Shown here: in pieces, positions 10,204-20,133 of the stretch | How the letters are laid out: every line of letters starts with the position of its first letter | How positions within the stretch are numbered: position 1 is the first letter of the stretch | Source: an uncultured Myxococcales bacterium | GTDB lineage: Bacteria; Myxococcota_A; UBA9042 | Assembly: GCA_903929795.1 (NCBI GenBank) | Contig: CAIYWC010000039.1 | Coordinates: 9,220 to 73,219, forward strand | Direction of reading: 5' to 3' | DNA length: 64,000 nt | Notes under the pieces: generated by a model | The model's input: the letters and a program-made list of their open reading frames with translations, nothing else | Told to the model about the DNA's origin: nothing | The model's database searches: none | Position numbers and translations under genes: made by a program

Positions 10204-11592
10204 ATGGCACGCACATTGGTCATGATTCTCGCCGGCGGCAAAGGCAGCCGCTTGGCGCCGTTGACGTCCCATCGCGCCAAGCCAGCGGCGCCCTTTGGCG
10301 GGCGTTATCGCATCATTGATTTCGCGCTCTCCAATTTCCTCAATTCCGGCTACACGCGCATCAAGATTTTGACGCAGTACATGTCGTCATCCTTGATTGA
10401 GCACCTGTCGCGCGCTTGGAATTTGTCCAATGCGCCCGGGCACTTTGTCGATCCCGTGCCTGCGCAGATGCGCCGCGGCGAGCACTGGTATGTCGGCACG
10501 GCGGACAGCGTCTTTCAGAATCTCAACCTGATTTCCGATGAAGCTTCCGAGAATGTCGCGATTTTCGGTGGGGATCACATCTACAAGATCGCCGTCGATC
10601 AGATGGAAAAGCACCACATGGACGTCCATGCGGACCTGACGGTGGCCGCCTATCCGGTGCCGCGCAGCGAGGCTTCCCAGTTTGGCGTCATTCAAATCGA
10701 CAGCGAGGGCCGCATCATCGGCTTTCAGGAAAAACCGGACGAAGCCGATGCGATTGCGATCCCCGGCAAGCCCGACATGTGCCTCGTGTCGATGGGCAAT
10801 TATTTCTTCAAGCGGCGAATTCTGGAAGATTTGCTGCACGATGACGCCGAAGATCCCGATTCCAGTCATGATTTCGGCAAGGATATTATCCCGAAAATGG
10901 TGCGCGACGGCTATCGCGTGTTCACCTACGATTTTTCGACCAACAAGGTGCCCGGCGAGGCGCCCGATGCGCAACCGTACTGGCGCGACGTCGGCTCGCT
11001 CGACAGCTATTTTGATGCCAACATGGACCTGCGTGCCGTGCTGCCGGCGTTCAACTTGTACAACCGCCAGTGGCCGATCCGCACGATGCAATATGACCTG
11101 CCGCCGGCGAAGTTCGTGCTGGCCGGCAAGCAGCGGGAATTCGGCCAAGTCGTGGATTCGCTTGTGTGCGAAGGCACGATCGTGTCCGGCGCGCAGCTTG
11201 TCAACGTCATCGCCGGCGTGGATTGCTACTTTCACCGCTTCGCGACGATTGAGAACAGCGTGATCGCCGGACGTTGCCGCATCGGCCGCCAGTCGCGCGT
11301 CCGCAATGTGCTGCTGGATCACAATGTGGTGATCGGCGATGGCTGCGTAATCGGTTTTGATGAGGTCGCGGACGCCAAACGCTTTCCCTTTCGCTCGCCA
11401 AAGGGCACGATCGTCCTGCCCAAAGGCACGTATGTGCCGCCGTCCGGGCCCATCGAGATTCCGCACGACATGGCGACCATGCTGCTGCAGGATCCGGCGG
11501 TCGCGGACGATTTCAAAGCGCGCGTAGGCACTTGGGTCTCGGTCCGCCGCCATAGCAATGATCCGGTCAGAAATGGTTCACAACGCTCGTAG
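10204..11592 (+). CDS. glgC: Glucose-1-phosphate adenylyltransferase
   Basis: MARTLVMILAGGKGSRLAPLTSHRAKPAAPFGGRYRIIDFALSNFLNSGY...VGTADSV is canonical GlgC. ATG at 10204 follows a G-rich RBS region. Confidence 0.9.
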   Translation: MARTLVMILAGGKGSRLAPLTSHRAKPAAPFGGRYRIIDFALSNFLNSGYTRIKILTQYMSSSLIEHLSRAWNLSNAPGHFVDPVPAQMRRGEHWYVGTADSVFQNLNLISDEASENVAIFGGDHIYKIAVDQMEKHHMDVHADLTVAAYPVPRSEASQFGVIQIDSEGRIIGFQEKPDEADAIAIPGKPDMCLVSMGNYFFKRRILEDLLHDDAEDPDSSHDFGKDIIPKMVRDGYRVFTYDFSTNKVPGEAPDAQPYWRDVGSLDSYFDANMDLRAVLPAFNLYNRQWPIRTMQYDLPPAKFVLAGKQREFGQVVDSLVCEGTIVSGAQLVNVIAGVDCYFHRFATIENSVIAGRCRIGRQSRVRNVLLDHNVVIGDGCVIGFDEVADAKRFPFRSPKGTIVLPKGTYVPPSGPIEIPHDMATMLLQDPAVADDFKARVGTWVSVRRHSNDPVRNGSQRS

Positions 11593-13081
11593 CGCCTCTA
11601 TACAGCCCTTGCGCGTGCTCTATGTCGCCGCCGAATGCACGCCTTGGTGCTCGACCGGCGGCTTGGGCGAAGTCACGCAGGCCTTGCCGCAAGCGCTGAT
11701 GGCCGCAGGCGCCACCGTCGCCGTTTGCATCCCGCTGTACCGCGACGCCCGCCGCAAGATCGGCGAGCGCGGCGGCCGACTGCAAGACACCGGCGCCACC
11801 GCCAGCGTCTGGATGGGCGGGCATCGCCTGACCAGCCGTTGGTACCGCGTCATTCCCGCCGAGAGCGACGCCATCGCGTCCCGCGCGCCGACCTTCGCCT
11901 GCGATTGCCCGCAGCTTTTTGACCGCGACGGCCTCTACGGCCACGGCGACGACGACGCGCGCTTCTCGACTTTCTGCCGCGCCGCCTTGAGCTGCAGCGC
12001 GCAGCTGTTGGGCGGCAAGCCGCATGTCGTGCACGCCCACGATTGGCACACGGCGCTGCTGCCGCTGTACCTGGCGGGCGGCTACCGGCAGCTGTTGCCG
12101 CGCACGCGGTCGGTGTTGAGCATCCACAACCTGGCGTATCAGGGGCTGTTTCCGGCGAATTCGCTGCCGACCATCGGCGTGGGTCCGGAGTGGTTCCATG
12201 CCGACGCGCTTGAATTCTATGGCGCCGTGAATTGGATGAAAGGCGGCATCGCCGCTGCCGACGCGATTACGACCGTCAGCCCGCGCTACGCCGAGGAGAT
12301 TCAGACCGCCGAGTTCGGCGAGCGCCTGGAAGGCGTCCTGCGCCGACACCGCGGCAAGCTCACCGGCATTCTGAACGGCATCGACATGGATCTGTGGAAT
12401 CCCGCGACGGATCCGCTGCTGCCCTACCATTTTTCCCAGGACGATCTCGCCGGCAAGGCCGCGACCCGCCGGCACCTGCTGGAGCTTGCGCGCATGGACC
12501 CCGATGATCCGCACCCGGTTTTTGTCGGTGTGTCGCGGTTGGTCGCGCAAAAGGGCTTCGATCTCGTCGCCGAGCTGATTCCGTATCTCGCCAGCCGCAG
12601 CGTGCGCTTCATTTTGCTGGGCCGCGGCAGCGACGCGATGGAGTACCAGTTCCATGAGCTGGAGCGCTTCCACTGGCCGCACTTTCGCTTCCATCCGCAC
12701 CACGACTTGACGCTGTCGCACGTGCTGTATGCCGCGGGTGACGCGGTGTTGATGCCCAGCCGCTGGGAGCCGTGCGGCCTGACCCAGCTCTACGCGATGC
12801 GCTACGGCACCGTGCCGATTGTGCGCGCCGTTGGCGGCCTGCGCGACACCGTTGTGCACGCCAGTCAGCACACGCTGGGCAATGGCACCGCCAACGGTTT
12901 TGCCTTTGAACACGACACAGTGGCGGGCCTGCAGTGGGCGATCGACCGCGCGCTGGATGTGTTTTACGACGCACCCGAGACGTGGCGCGCGATCCAGCAC
13001 AACGGGATGCGCCGCGACTCGGCGTGGCGCGGTGCGGCGGAGCAATACCTGGGCGTGTACCGGCAGATCCTCGGCAGATAG
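11573..13081 (+). CDS. glgA: Glycogen synthase (ADP-glucose type)
   Basis: LRVLYVAAECTPWCSTGGLGEV matches the GlgA N-terminal motif. The C-terminal GT1 domain matches (MPSRWEPCGLTQLYAMRYGTVPIV). It overlaps the glgC 3' end by about 20 nt (or 35 nt if the start is 11558). Confidence 0.9.
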   Translation: MVHNARSASIQPLRVLYVAAECTPWCSTGGLGEVTQALPQALMAAGATVAVCIPLYRDARRKIGERGGRLQDTGATASVWMGGHRLTSRWYRVIPAESDAIASRAPTFACDCPQLFDRDGLYGHGDDDARFSTFCRAALSCSAQLLGGKPHVVHAHDWHTALLPLYLAGGYRQLLPRTRSVLSIHNLAYQGLFPANSLPTIGVGPEWFHADALEFYGAVNWMKGGIAAADAITTVSPRYAEEIQTAEFGERLEGVLRRHRGKLTGILNGIDMDLWNPATDPLLPYHFSQDDLAGKAATRRHLLELARMDPDDPHPVFVGVSRLVAQKGFDLVAELIPYLASRSVRFILLGRGSDAMEYQFHELERFHWPHFRFHPHHDLTLSHVLYAAGDAVLMPSRWEPCGLTQLYAMRYGTVPIVRAVGGLRDTVVHASQHTLGNGTANGFAFEHDTVAGLQWAIDRALDVFYDAPETWRAIQHNGMRRDSAWRGAAEQYLGVYRQILGR

Positions 13082-13083
13082 CG

Positions 13084-13295
13084 CTGTTGAGCGACGCCGA
13101 ACGCCTCCGCGCCGTCCAACGACGGCTGTGAAGCGATACCAAGCGGCTTCGGGTCGTCCAACAGCGGCTGTGAAGCGACGCCGAGCGGCTTCGGGTCGTC
13201 CAATAGCGGTTGTGAAGCGACGCCAAGCGGCTTTGGGTCGTCCAACGGCGGCTGTGAAGCGCCGCCGAACGGCTCCGCGTCGCTCCTTGGACGTT
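13084..13295. repeat. 42-bp direct tandem repeat, 5 copies (consensus tgtgaagcgacgccgagcggcttcgggtcgtccaacagcggc)
   Basis: Seen directly in the sequence just downstream of glgA. On the minus strand one frame reads PLLDDPKPLGVASQ x4. There are no spacers, so this is not CRISPR-like. Confidence 0.8.
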
Positions 13296-13319
13296 GAAGA
13301 CCCAGTCCGAGCGGCGCGG

Positions 13320-13931
13320 TCAGCGCACGCAGCGCGCGCGCATCCCAGCTCGGCTTGGGTCGGGATGCGCCCATCGCTGAACCCGCCATTCGTCTCGGTT
13401 GTGCACGCTGTGAGCGCCGTCGACCAGTCCAGCGGGACAAGCTGCGGCTTGGCCCACATCAGGCCCGTGCGCTGATCGACATCGAACTTGGCGTACGCGC
13501 TGAAATCGCACGCCGGATGGCTGTCGGGGATGGGCGGCCACCACTGCGTGGACACACGCGCCCGCGGCGCAGAGATCCAGCGAGCAGGGATCGCTTTCGT
13601 TACAGGAAATTCCGGCGCAAGTTCCGGTCGCGGCTGCGGGCACACACGCGGGCACGAGGCCCGGACCGCCATCGGGCGGCGGGATATCGGCTGCGCCGTC
13701 CAGCGCATCGGCATCCGCGGCGGTATCCGCCAGCAGATCGGCCAGCGCAGCATCCGTCGGAGCTGCATCGGGGCCAGCATCCGCCAGCGCAGCATCCGCA
13801 GCGGCGACCGCGGCGTCCGGATCCGCGCCTGAAACCGGAATTCCGGGATCCACGCAGGCGGCACACGCGCACGCGCACAAGGCCAACGCGGCGCGCCGCA
13901 GGTGAGCTTGGGCCGTCGATGGCTTGCGCAT
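13320..13931 (-). pseudogene. Decayed secreted lipoprotein gene with a DUF1566 (Lcl C-terminal)-like domain, apparently interrupted by two frame changes
   Basis: ATG at 13931 gives MRKPSTAQAHLRRAALALCACACAAC (lipobox), then an A/D-rich linker, then CNESDPCSLDLCAAGAC. About 270 nt later, G/C third-position bias is lost in this frame but continues in the -1 frame, which reads ACDFSAYAKFDVDQRTGLMWAKPQLVPLDWSTALTACTTETNGGFSDGRIPTQAEL (DUF1566-like). The original frame then terminates in ...RARCVR*, the typical DUF1566 C-terminus. A shift at the homopolymer ccatccccgac would restore continuity. Confidence 0.4.
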
Positions 13932-14083
13932 GGAGTCACCCCCTGACGTCAGCAGCCGGGCATCACCGCTTGCCGGCAATCGCGCTCCCGGTCCGTCAAG
14001 CCGCGGCGGATCGCCATTGACCCAGCCCGCGGCCACGTGTAGCGTCACCGGCGCGCCACGTCGCGTGGCAACAGGCCTTCCCC

Positions 14084-15016
14084 ATGCCGATCCTCCGCCC
14101 GCTCGCCCTCGTCCTTGTCCTGCTGACCGCCCTGCCCGCGCACGCCCAGACCGCCAAGACGCTGCTGCAGCAGGCGTCGCCCATCGTCGACACGCTCGCG
14201 GCGCGGCTGCAAAAGCTTGTCCGCGACGTGGAGGCGGCGGGGCCGGACATGCCCAAGGTGCGCGGGCTGACCGAAAAGAGCCGCCAGGACAATGAGCGGC
14301 TGGAGGGCCAGCTGGCGGACATCCGCAAGCAAATGACGCCGGAGGAGGCGGGCGAGCTGGACGTGTACACGCAGCTCAAGACCGGCAAGACGCCGGACAA
14401 GCTCAAGGTGGCGCTGGAGAAGGCCGCCAAGGAGGCTGCGGAGCTGGCGGCGAAGGTCGGTCCGGCGACTGTGGCGAAATACCGCGAGACGATTGGCCAG
14501 CTGACGGCGGAAGGCGTCGAGCATGTCAAGCACCTGCGCGACGCGGACGCGGGCAAGCGCGAGCCGGCGTGGAAGAATTTTGTCGCCTGGGACGCCAAAC
14601 GCCACCAGCTTGTGCACGCCATCCGCAAGGATTCCAACGTGGTGGAGCCGGGGCCGCTGGCCGAGGAAGCGGAGACTGCGCTGCAGCCGCTGGCGATTCA
14701 CGCGGCGCGGCTCTACCGGCTGGGCACGCAGCCGCCGTGCCCGGAGCTGCAAAAGGAGCTGGCGCTGGCCCCGGCGCGCGCCAAGCCGATCGCGGAGTTG
14801 GAGCCGCTGTTCCAGAAGGCGTCAAACGCGTCCCAGCTGCGGATGGCCCAAGCGGCGCTGGCGCAGGCCCAGGAGCAGGCGCTGGAGGTGACAAACGCCG
14901 AGCTGACGCAGGACGAGGCGGACGAAGTGCGCGACACCGTGCGCGAGGCGATGGCGCCGGCGCTCAAGCGGCTGGCGGAGCTGGCGGCGAAAGCGGCGAC
15001 GAAGGGCAAAAAATAG
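14084..15016 (+). CDS. Secreted hypothetical protein (signal peptide; K/E/A-rich, coiled-coil-like)
   Basis: MPILRPLALVLVLLTALPAHAQ is a signal peptide. The frame is clean with a charged helical composition. It is convergent with the alkA-like gene; the two stop codons are adjacent. Confidence 0.6.
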   Translation: MPILRPLALVLVLLTALPAHAQTAKTLLQQASPIVDTLAARLQKLVRDVEAAGPDMPKVRGLTEKSRQDNERLEGQLADIRKQMTPEEAGELDVYTQLKTGKTPDKLKVALEKAAKEAAELAAKVGPATVAKYRETIGQLTAEGVEHVKHLRDADAGKREPAWKNFVAWDAKRHQLVHAIRKDSNVVEPGPLAEEAETALQPLAIHAARLYRLGTQPPCPELQKELALAPARAKPIAELEPLFQKASNASQLRMAQAALAQAQEQALEVTNAELTQDEADEVRDTVREAMAPALKRLAELAAKAATKGKK

Positions 15017-15649
15017 TCACACGACGGGAGCGCGGCCCTTGCGCGCGTCGGCATCGCGGTAGAAATACCAGCTCGCCACGCTGCGCCACGGCCGCCAGGG
15101 CTCGGCAAGCGCCAGCGCGCGGTGCGGGAAGTCGGCTTTTTGCAAGCCGAAATGGTGCATGAACGCCTCGCGCACCGCCAAGTCGCCCAGCGGCAGGACG
15201 TCGGGCCGCCGCAGCGTGAACATCAGGAACATGTCCGCGGTCCACTGGCCGATGCCCGGCACGGCGACGAGCGCGCGCGCGACATCGGCGTCCGACATGC
15301 CATCCAGCGCCGCCAGGTCCAGCCGCCCGTCCACCACGAACGCCGCCAGCGCTTGAAGATACTTGGCCTTTTGCCCGGACAGCCCGGCGGACCGCAGCTG
15401 CTCGGGCGTCAGCGCGGCGATCGCCTCGGGCGTCGGCTGGGCATCCGGCAGCAGCGCATAGAGCCGCCGCTGGATCGTGTTGGCCGCCGCGCTCGACACC
15501 TGCTGCGAGAGGATGGCGCCGACGAGCGCGGCAAACCGGTCCTCGTGAAAGCGCATCGTGCATGGGCCAACGGCCGCGATCAGCGCCGCCCAGCGGGGGT
15601 CCAGCGCCGCCAAGTGCGCCTGCGCGGGCGCGTGCGGGTGCGGGGCCAT
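15017..15649 (-). CDS. alkA: DNA-3-methyladenine glycosylase II-like (HhH-GPD superfamily)
   Basis: The 210-aa C-terminal part of ORF 15017..16330 reads ...VAVPGIGQWTADMFLMFTLRRPDVLPLGDLAVREAF, the HhH-GPD motif. ATG at 15649 overlaps the stop of the upstream gene (ATGA). Confidence 0.8.
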   Translation of the reverse strand: MAPHPHAPAQAHLAALDPRWAALIAAVGPCTMRFHEDRFAALVGAILSQQVSSAAANTIQRRLYALLPDAQPTPEAIAALTPEQLRSAGLSGQKAKYLQALAAFVVDGRLDLAALDGMSDADVARALVAVPGIGQWTADMFLMFTLRRPDVLPLGDLAVREAFMHHFGLQKADFPHRALALAEPWRPWRSVASWYFYRDADARKGRAPVV

Positions 15650-17514
15650 CAATACGCCGTGCCGACAATCTTGGCGCCAAGTGCGGAGAACCGCAGGCCA
15701 ATGCTGCTCGCGTCCTTGTTGCCGTCGCCATCGGTGTCGATATCCGCGACAAGCAGTTGCTGGACCATGATCAGCGCGTTGGCCTTGCCGCCGAACTGCG
15801 CGAAAACACTGTCGTCCATCGCGTTGACGATGTCGATGAACACCGGCGTCGGCACCGCGCCGCCCAGCGCGCCGGCCATGCCCTGCACCGCTTTGCCGTC
15901 CGCTGTGAACGTGATCTTCGCCTCGACCCGCGCGCCCTTGACGTACAGCGTCGCGTTCTTGGCGCCCAGCAGCGACGCGTCCATGGCAAAAAGCGTGTCC
16001 GCGCCGCCCGCGGTCAGTACGCCGTTGCTGACCATCGCGTCTTTGAACGAGAATTTCGGCAGGCAGCCCGCCGTGAACGCCGTTTGCATCGCGTCCCAAT
16101 TGCAGACGTCCTTTTGTTGGTCGCAGTTGACGTTTTGGCTCGACATGTCCATGTTGGCATAATACAAATTGAGGGTGAACGGAATATTTTCGCCTTGGTA
16201 TCCAGCCAGTTCTGCGACGAACGTGAATTGTCCGTTGTTGACGGAATCGATCAACGGCTGGTTCACGACCAAGGACAACACGGCCGCCGCGTTGTCGATG
16301 CCGGCGGAGCAATCCCCGTCCGGCGCGCACGTCGCGGGGTTGCCGTCGACGTCGATGCCGTCGCCCGGGTCGCCGCTTGTGCCAATTTGGAACTGGGTCA
16401 GCTTGCCGTCGTAATCGCTAAAGATTTTGCTGCAGTACGGGCACGACGCCGTCTTGACGCCGATGCATTGGCCGCCGGTGCACAAATCGGGGCTCGTGCA
16501 GTATTCGCCGTCATCGCAGCTCAGGGAGTTGATGGCGTGGATGCAGCCCTTGTCGGATTTGCAGAAATCGTCCGTGCAGATGTTCTTGTCGTCGCAGTTG
16601 GCCGGGTTGCCGCCCTGGCATTTCAGCGTCGCCGAGCAGCTGGAGCCGACGACGCACAGGTCGCCGGTCAAGCACGCGTCGCCGATGTTCAGGTTCTTGT
16701 GCGCGCAGCCGGTCGTCGGGTCGCAGCTGTCCGTTGTGCAGCCCTCGTTGTCGTCGCACGCCAGCGGGTCGGTGACCGCCTGGCAGCCGATCTTTGCCTT
16801 GCAGCTGTCCTTGGTGCACGGGTTTTTGTCGTCGCACACAAGCACGCCGGTGCCGGCGGTGCATTCGCTGGCCAAGCACACGTCGTTCACGGTGCACGGG
16901 TCGTTGTCATCGCACGCGCTGCCGTCGGCCGGGGCGTGCGTGCAGCCGTCCTTGGCGGTGCAGGCGTCCAGCGTGCACAGGTTGCTGTCGTCGCAGGCGA
17001 GCTTGGCGCCGCCGCACGTGCCGTCCTGCTTGCAGCTGTCGAATTGCGTGCACGGGTCGCCGTCGTCGCAGTTCAGCTTGATGTCCGGGCTCCAGACGCT
17101 GGACGAGACGCCCGGCTGGCAGCTGCGGCATGCGTCGGTTGGCGAGACGTCGCCCGCGCTCAGGCAGACGCCGCCAATCACGCAGCCCGCGGTCTTGTGC
17201 ACACAGCCCTTGGCCTTGTCGCAGCTGTCGTCGGTGCAGGTGATGCCGTCCGCGCAGTCGATCGCGGTGCCCAAGCAGCTGCCGCCGGCGCATTTGTCGC
17301 TGGCCGTGCAGGGGTTGTTGTCGTCGCAGGTGGCGCCGCTGTTGGTCGCGCTGCACGCGACGGGGCCGGAGTCGGCGATGTCGCCTCCGGACCCGTCGCC
17401 GGTGGCGTCCGCGGCCGTGGCGCTGCCGTCGGCCTTGCTGGCCGTGCCACACGCACAACACAGCACGACGACAAGGAAAACCCAATGGATGACGAAAAAC
17501 GGGCGGGTTCGCAT
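15649..17514 (-). CDS. Cys-rich repeat lipoprotein (slime-mold / Myxococcus cysteine-rich repeats) with a C-terminal globular domain
   Basis: MRTRPFFVIHWVFLVVVLCCAC is a lipoprotein signal (ATG at 17514). About 12 repeats follow of the form CDDNNPCTASDKC, CDDGDPCTQFDSC, CDDKNPCTKDSC. Translationally coupled to alkA. Confidence 0.75.
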   Translation of the reverse strand: MRTRPFFVIHWVFLVVVLCCACGTASKADGSATAADATGDGSGGDIADSGPVACSATNSGATCDDNNPCTASDKCAGGSCLGTAIDCADGITCTDDSCDKAKGCVHKTAGCVIGGVCLSAGDVSPTDACRSCQPGVSSSVWSPDIKLNCDDGDPCTQFDSCKQDGTCGGAKLACDDSNLCTLDACTAKDGCTHAPADGSACDDNDPCTVNDVCLASECTAGTGVLVCDDKNPCTKDSCKAKIGCQAVTDPLACDDNEGCTTDSCDPTTGCAHKNLNIGDACLTGDLCVVGSSCSATLKCQGGNPANCDDKNICTDDFCKSDKGCIHAINSLSCDDGEYCTSPDLCTGGQCIGVKTASCPYCSKIFSDYDGKLTQFQIGTSGDPGDGIDVDGNPATCAPDGDCSAGIDNAAAVLSLVVNQPLIDSVNNGQFTFVAELAGYQGENIPFTLNLYYANMDMSSQNVNCDQQKDVCNWDAMQTAFTAGCLPKFSFKDAMVSNGVLTAGGADTLFAMDASLLGAKNATLYVKGARVEAKITFTADGKAVQGMAGALGGAVPTPVFIDIVNAMDDSVFAQFGGKANALIMVQQLLVADIDTDGDGNKDASSIGLRFSALGAKIVGTAY

Positions 17515-17578
17515 GGCTGGCTCCGAGGCGTCGAGACACCGAGGATAGCGAACTTCGGCGCCCGCGGCGAGCGCGGAG

Positions 17579-18707
17579 CTAAGGCGCGTCGTCCGGCAGC
17601 GCAGCATAGGCTGCCGATTGCCGGTAGTCGTGAATCGCCTCGTCCAGCAAAATCCGCCCCACCGCCAGCAGCGGCAGCGCCAAGAGAATGCCCGTCAGCC
17701 CCGCCAGCTCGCCCATCGCGATGATGCCCAGCAGCACGACGACCGGCTTGAGCCCGACCTGGTTGCCGATCACCCGCGGCGTGATATACAGCAGGTCCGT
17801 GGCGTAAAAACCGCCAAAAAGCAGCGCCACGCCGCCGATTTGCCACGCGGAATGGTCGGTCAGCAGCGACAAAAGCAGGCATAGCGACGCGCCGGTCAGC
17901 ACGCCGAGATACGGCACCAGATAGATCGCGCCGGCAATCGGCCCCATGACCCACGCGAACGGCGAGTCCAGCGCCAGCAGCCCGACGGTAAACGCGACGA
18001 TCGCCGAGGTCATCAGCAGCAGTTCGCCGCGCAGGAAACCGGCGAGCGCGCGGTCGATGCGAAAGACGATGTGGTTGACGCGCGCGCTGTGGCGCCGCGG
18101 CACGAGCGAGGCGGCGGCGCGGACGATCTTCTCGTAGTCCTCCAGCAAGAAGAACGCCACGACCACGACAAGGACGATGTTGCCGATCGCCAGCAGCAGC
18201 CCGCGCGCGCTGGACAGGATCCAGCCGACCGCGGACTCCTCCGGCCCGACGAACTCCTTGGCCAGCGACTGCAGCACCTGACTGAGGCTCTGGTAAGGCA
18301 CGAAATCGCTGAGTTTTCTGGCGAAATGCACCTCGAACCACGGGTCCATCTTCAGCACTTGATTGAACAGCAGCTGCGGCAGGTGCGAGCTGGCGTACTG
18401 CAGCTTCTGCGCCATCTGCGGCACGACGACGGCGAAAAACACCACGGCCAGCGAGACAAAAAGCAGCACGGGCACGGTTAGCGCCAAAAACGGCGGCACG
18501 TGCCAGCGGCGCAGGCGCACAACGACCGGATTGAGCGCGTACGCGACGAAAAAGCCAAAGAGGATCGGGGTTGTGACAATCGACAGGCGGACCAGCAGCC
18601 AGATCGTCAGCGCCAGCACGGCGCCGATGAGCGCGAACTTGAAAAACCGCGCTGGCCACGGCGACGCGGACGGCGGGGGCTGCACGATGTTGGGGTCATC
18701 TGGCACG
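17579..18707 (-). CDS. AI-2E family transporter (PerM/YdiK-like permease)
   Basis: Multi-TM protein with AI-2E-like topology (FALIGAVLALTIWLLV..., ...GILLALPLLAVGRILLDEAI). There is no in-frame ATG between the far-upstream Met and the first TM. Start assigned to the GTG at 18707 (VPDDPNIVQ...). Start is uncertain. Confidence 0.65.
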
Positions 18708-18935
18708 AAACGCGAACCCTCCGAGCCTGAGGATAGCGGCGCGACCGGGGGAATGCTACTTTCTGCTGCGGCAGCGCGTGCGCGGCCTATACGCTCCGAC
18801 CGAAGTACGAGGTGATCTGTTCTCGATCCGCTGCCTGCCACAAGGGGTGCACGCTTGCGGTCCCAGCCCGAAATGCATCCGGTCTGATCGACAGAATTGG
18901 GTATCCGACATGGGTCAGCATGTGGAGGAGTGACG

Positions 18936-20009
18936 ATGGCGGCGTGGCTGACGGGGCTTGTGTGGCTGGCCCTGACGAACAACCCGGTGGCCCTGCAAAG
19001 CGCCGACCTCTCGTGGATTCCCCCGGCGACCGCGGGCATGCGTGCGCCCGCGTTGGCGCCCGAGGCGACTGACCGCCGGCTGCTGCGCAAGCCATGGTGC
19101 GATTTCGGGCGTCATGCCCAGCGCGTCGGCAAGCTGCAAGATGGCGTGGACGTGGTGTTTCGTCGCCCGTCGGCAGAGTCGCGGACCGCGCTGAATGAAG
19201 TGATCGAGAGCCTACAAAATCCCAACGATTACAAGGCAATCGCTGCGGCGGAGGCGCGTTTCACCCGGCTGGCGCAGACCGTCGACGGGCCAAGGCTGCT
19301 GCGGATTGCCCTGCAGGACGCCGATCCGCGCGTGGAGCTGATGGCGCTCAAGGCCTCGCGGCTGGTCATGGGGCGTCAGCCGCGCCTGGTGGCGTTTGCG
19401 ACGCCATTTCTGGGCGCCGCCGATCCACAACTCGCGATTGCGGCTGTGGAAACGCACTTCGCGAGCGGCTGTAACACCGCGGCCCAATATGCGCTGGATG
19501 GCTTTCGCCACCCGGACGAGGGCGTGCAGCTGGCGACGCTGAAGAGCGTCTACGCGGCGACCCGGACCCACGAGGATCTGCGCCTGGCGGACCGGATCGG
19601 CGATCTCGTGGTTCAGGGCCACGGGACCCCGCGCGCCCGCATTATCGCGCTGCGGATCCTCGGGCGGCTGGGTCTGGAAGCGGCGTCGACCAACGTGGAA
19701 GCACTGCTGACTGACAAACAGGACGCCGTGGCCGCCGAAGCGCTGGCAACGTTGGCGATCTTGCAGCCGGGCGCCGCGGAAAAACGCTTGGGCAAGTGGT
19801 TGAAGGACAAGTCGGTTGTCAAGCGCGCCGGGGCGCTGCGGGCGTTCGCGCAGGTGTATGCGTCGCGCTTGGACCTGGCTGAGAAGGTGCTGCGGCCGCT
19901 GCTGGCCGATTCGACGCCGCTGCCGGACCCGCTGGGCGTCGGCGTCGGGCCGGGCAGGACGCTGGGCGAAGTGGCGCGCGCCGCGCTGGCTTACGTCGCA
20001 ATGCAGTAG
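18936..20009 (+). CDS. HEAT-repeat (PBS-lyase-like) protein with hydrophobic N-terminus
   Basis: ATG at 18936 is preceded by the RBS ggagga. Repeated DPRVELMALKASRL, ADPQLAIAAVETH and DEGVQLATLKSV HEAT-like units. N-terminus MAAWLTGLVWLALTNNPVALQSA looks like a signal/anchor. Confidence 0.6.
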   Translation: MAAWLTGLVWLALTNNPVALQSADLSWIPPATAGMRAPALAPEATDRRLLRKPWCDFGRHAQRVGKLQDGVDVVFRRPSAESRTALNEVIESLQNPNDYKAIAAAEARFTRLAQTVDGPRLLRIALQDADPRVELMALKASRLVMGRQPRLVAFATPFLGAADPQLAIAAVETHFASGCNTAAQYALDGFRHPDEGVQLATLKSVYAATRTHEDLRLADRIGDLVVQGHGTPRARIIALRILGRLGLEAASTNVEALLTDKQDAVAAEALATLAILQPGAAEKRLGKWLKDKSVVKRAGALRAFAQVYASRLDLAEKVLRPLLADSTPLPDPLGVGVGPGRTLGEVARAALAYVAMQ

Positions 20010-20133
20010 GGGCGCGCCAAGTACAACCCGATCAGGTCCCAGCCGTGTGTCGCCGGGCGTATCGCGCAGTGGGCGCACTTGGCGACCCAGCTGACACCAG
20101 GCGGGCTTGTAACAGCCATTGTGTCACAAGTCC

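Noticed and set aside
10204-10225. TGGCAC-N5-TTGG sigma-54-like motif
   Set aside because: It lies inside the first codons of glgC (atggcacgcacattgg). The -12 element is imperfect, so it is most likely coincidental.
13084-13295. Possible CRISPR array
   Set aside because: The 42-bp units are directly tandem with no spacers and near-identical copies. There are no cas genes in the window. I classified it as a minisatellite or coding repeat instead.
20010-20133. Partial inverted repeats (gcgccaagt...acttggcgc; cttgtaaca...tgtcacaag) between convergent HEAT and OMP genes
   Set aside because: Arms are short with long or mismatched loops. This is not convincing as a terminator or binding site.
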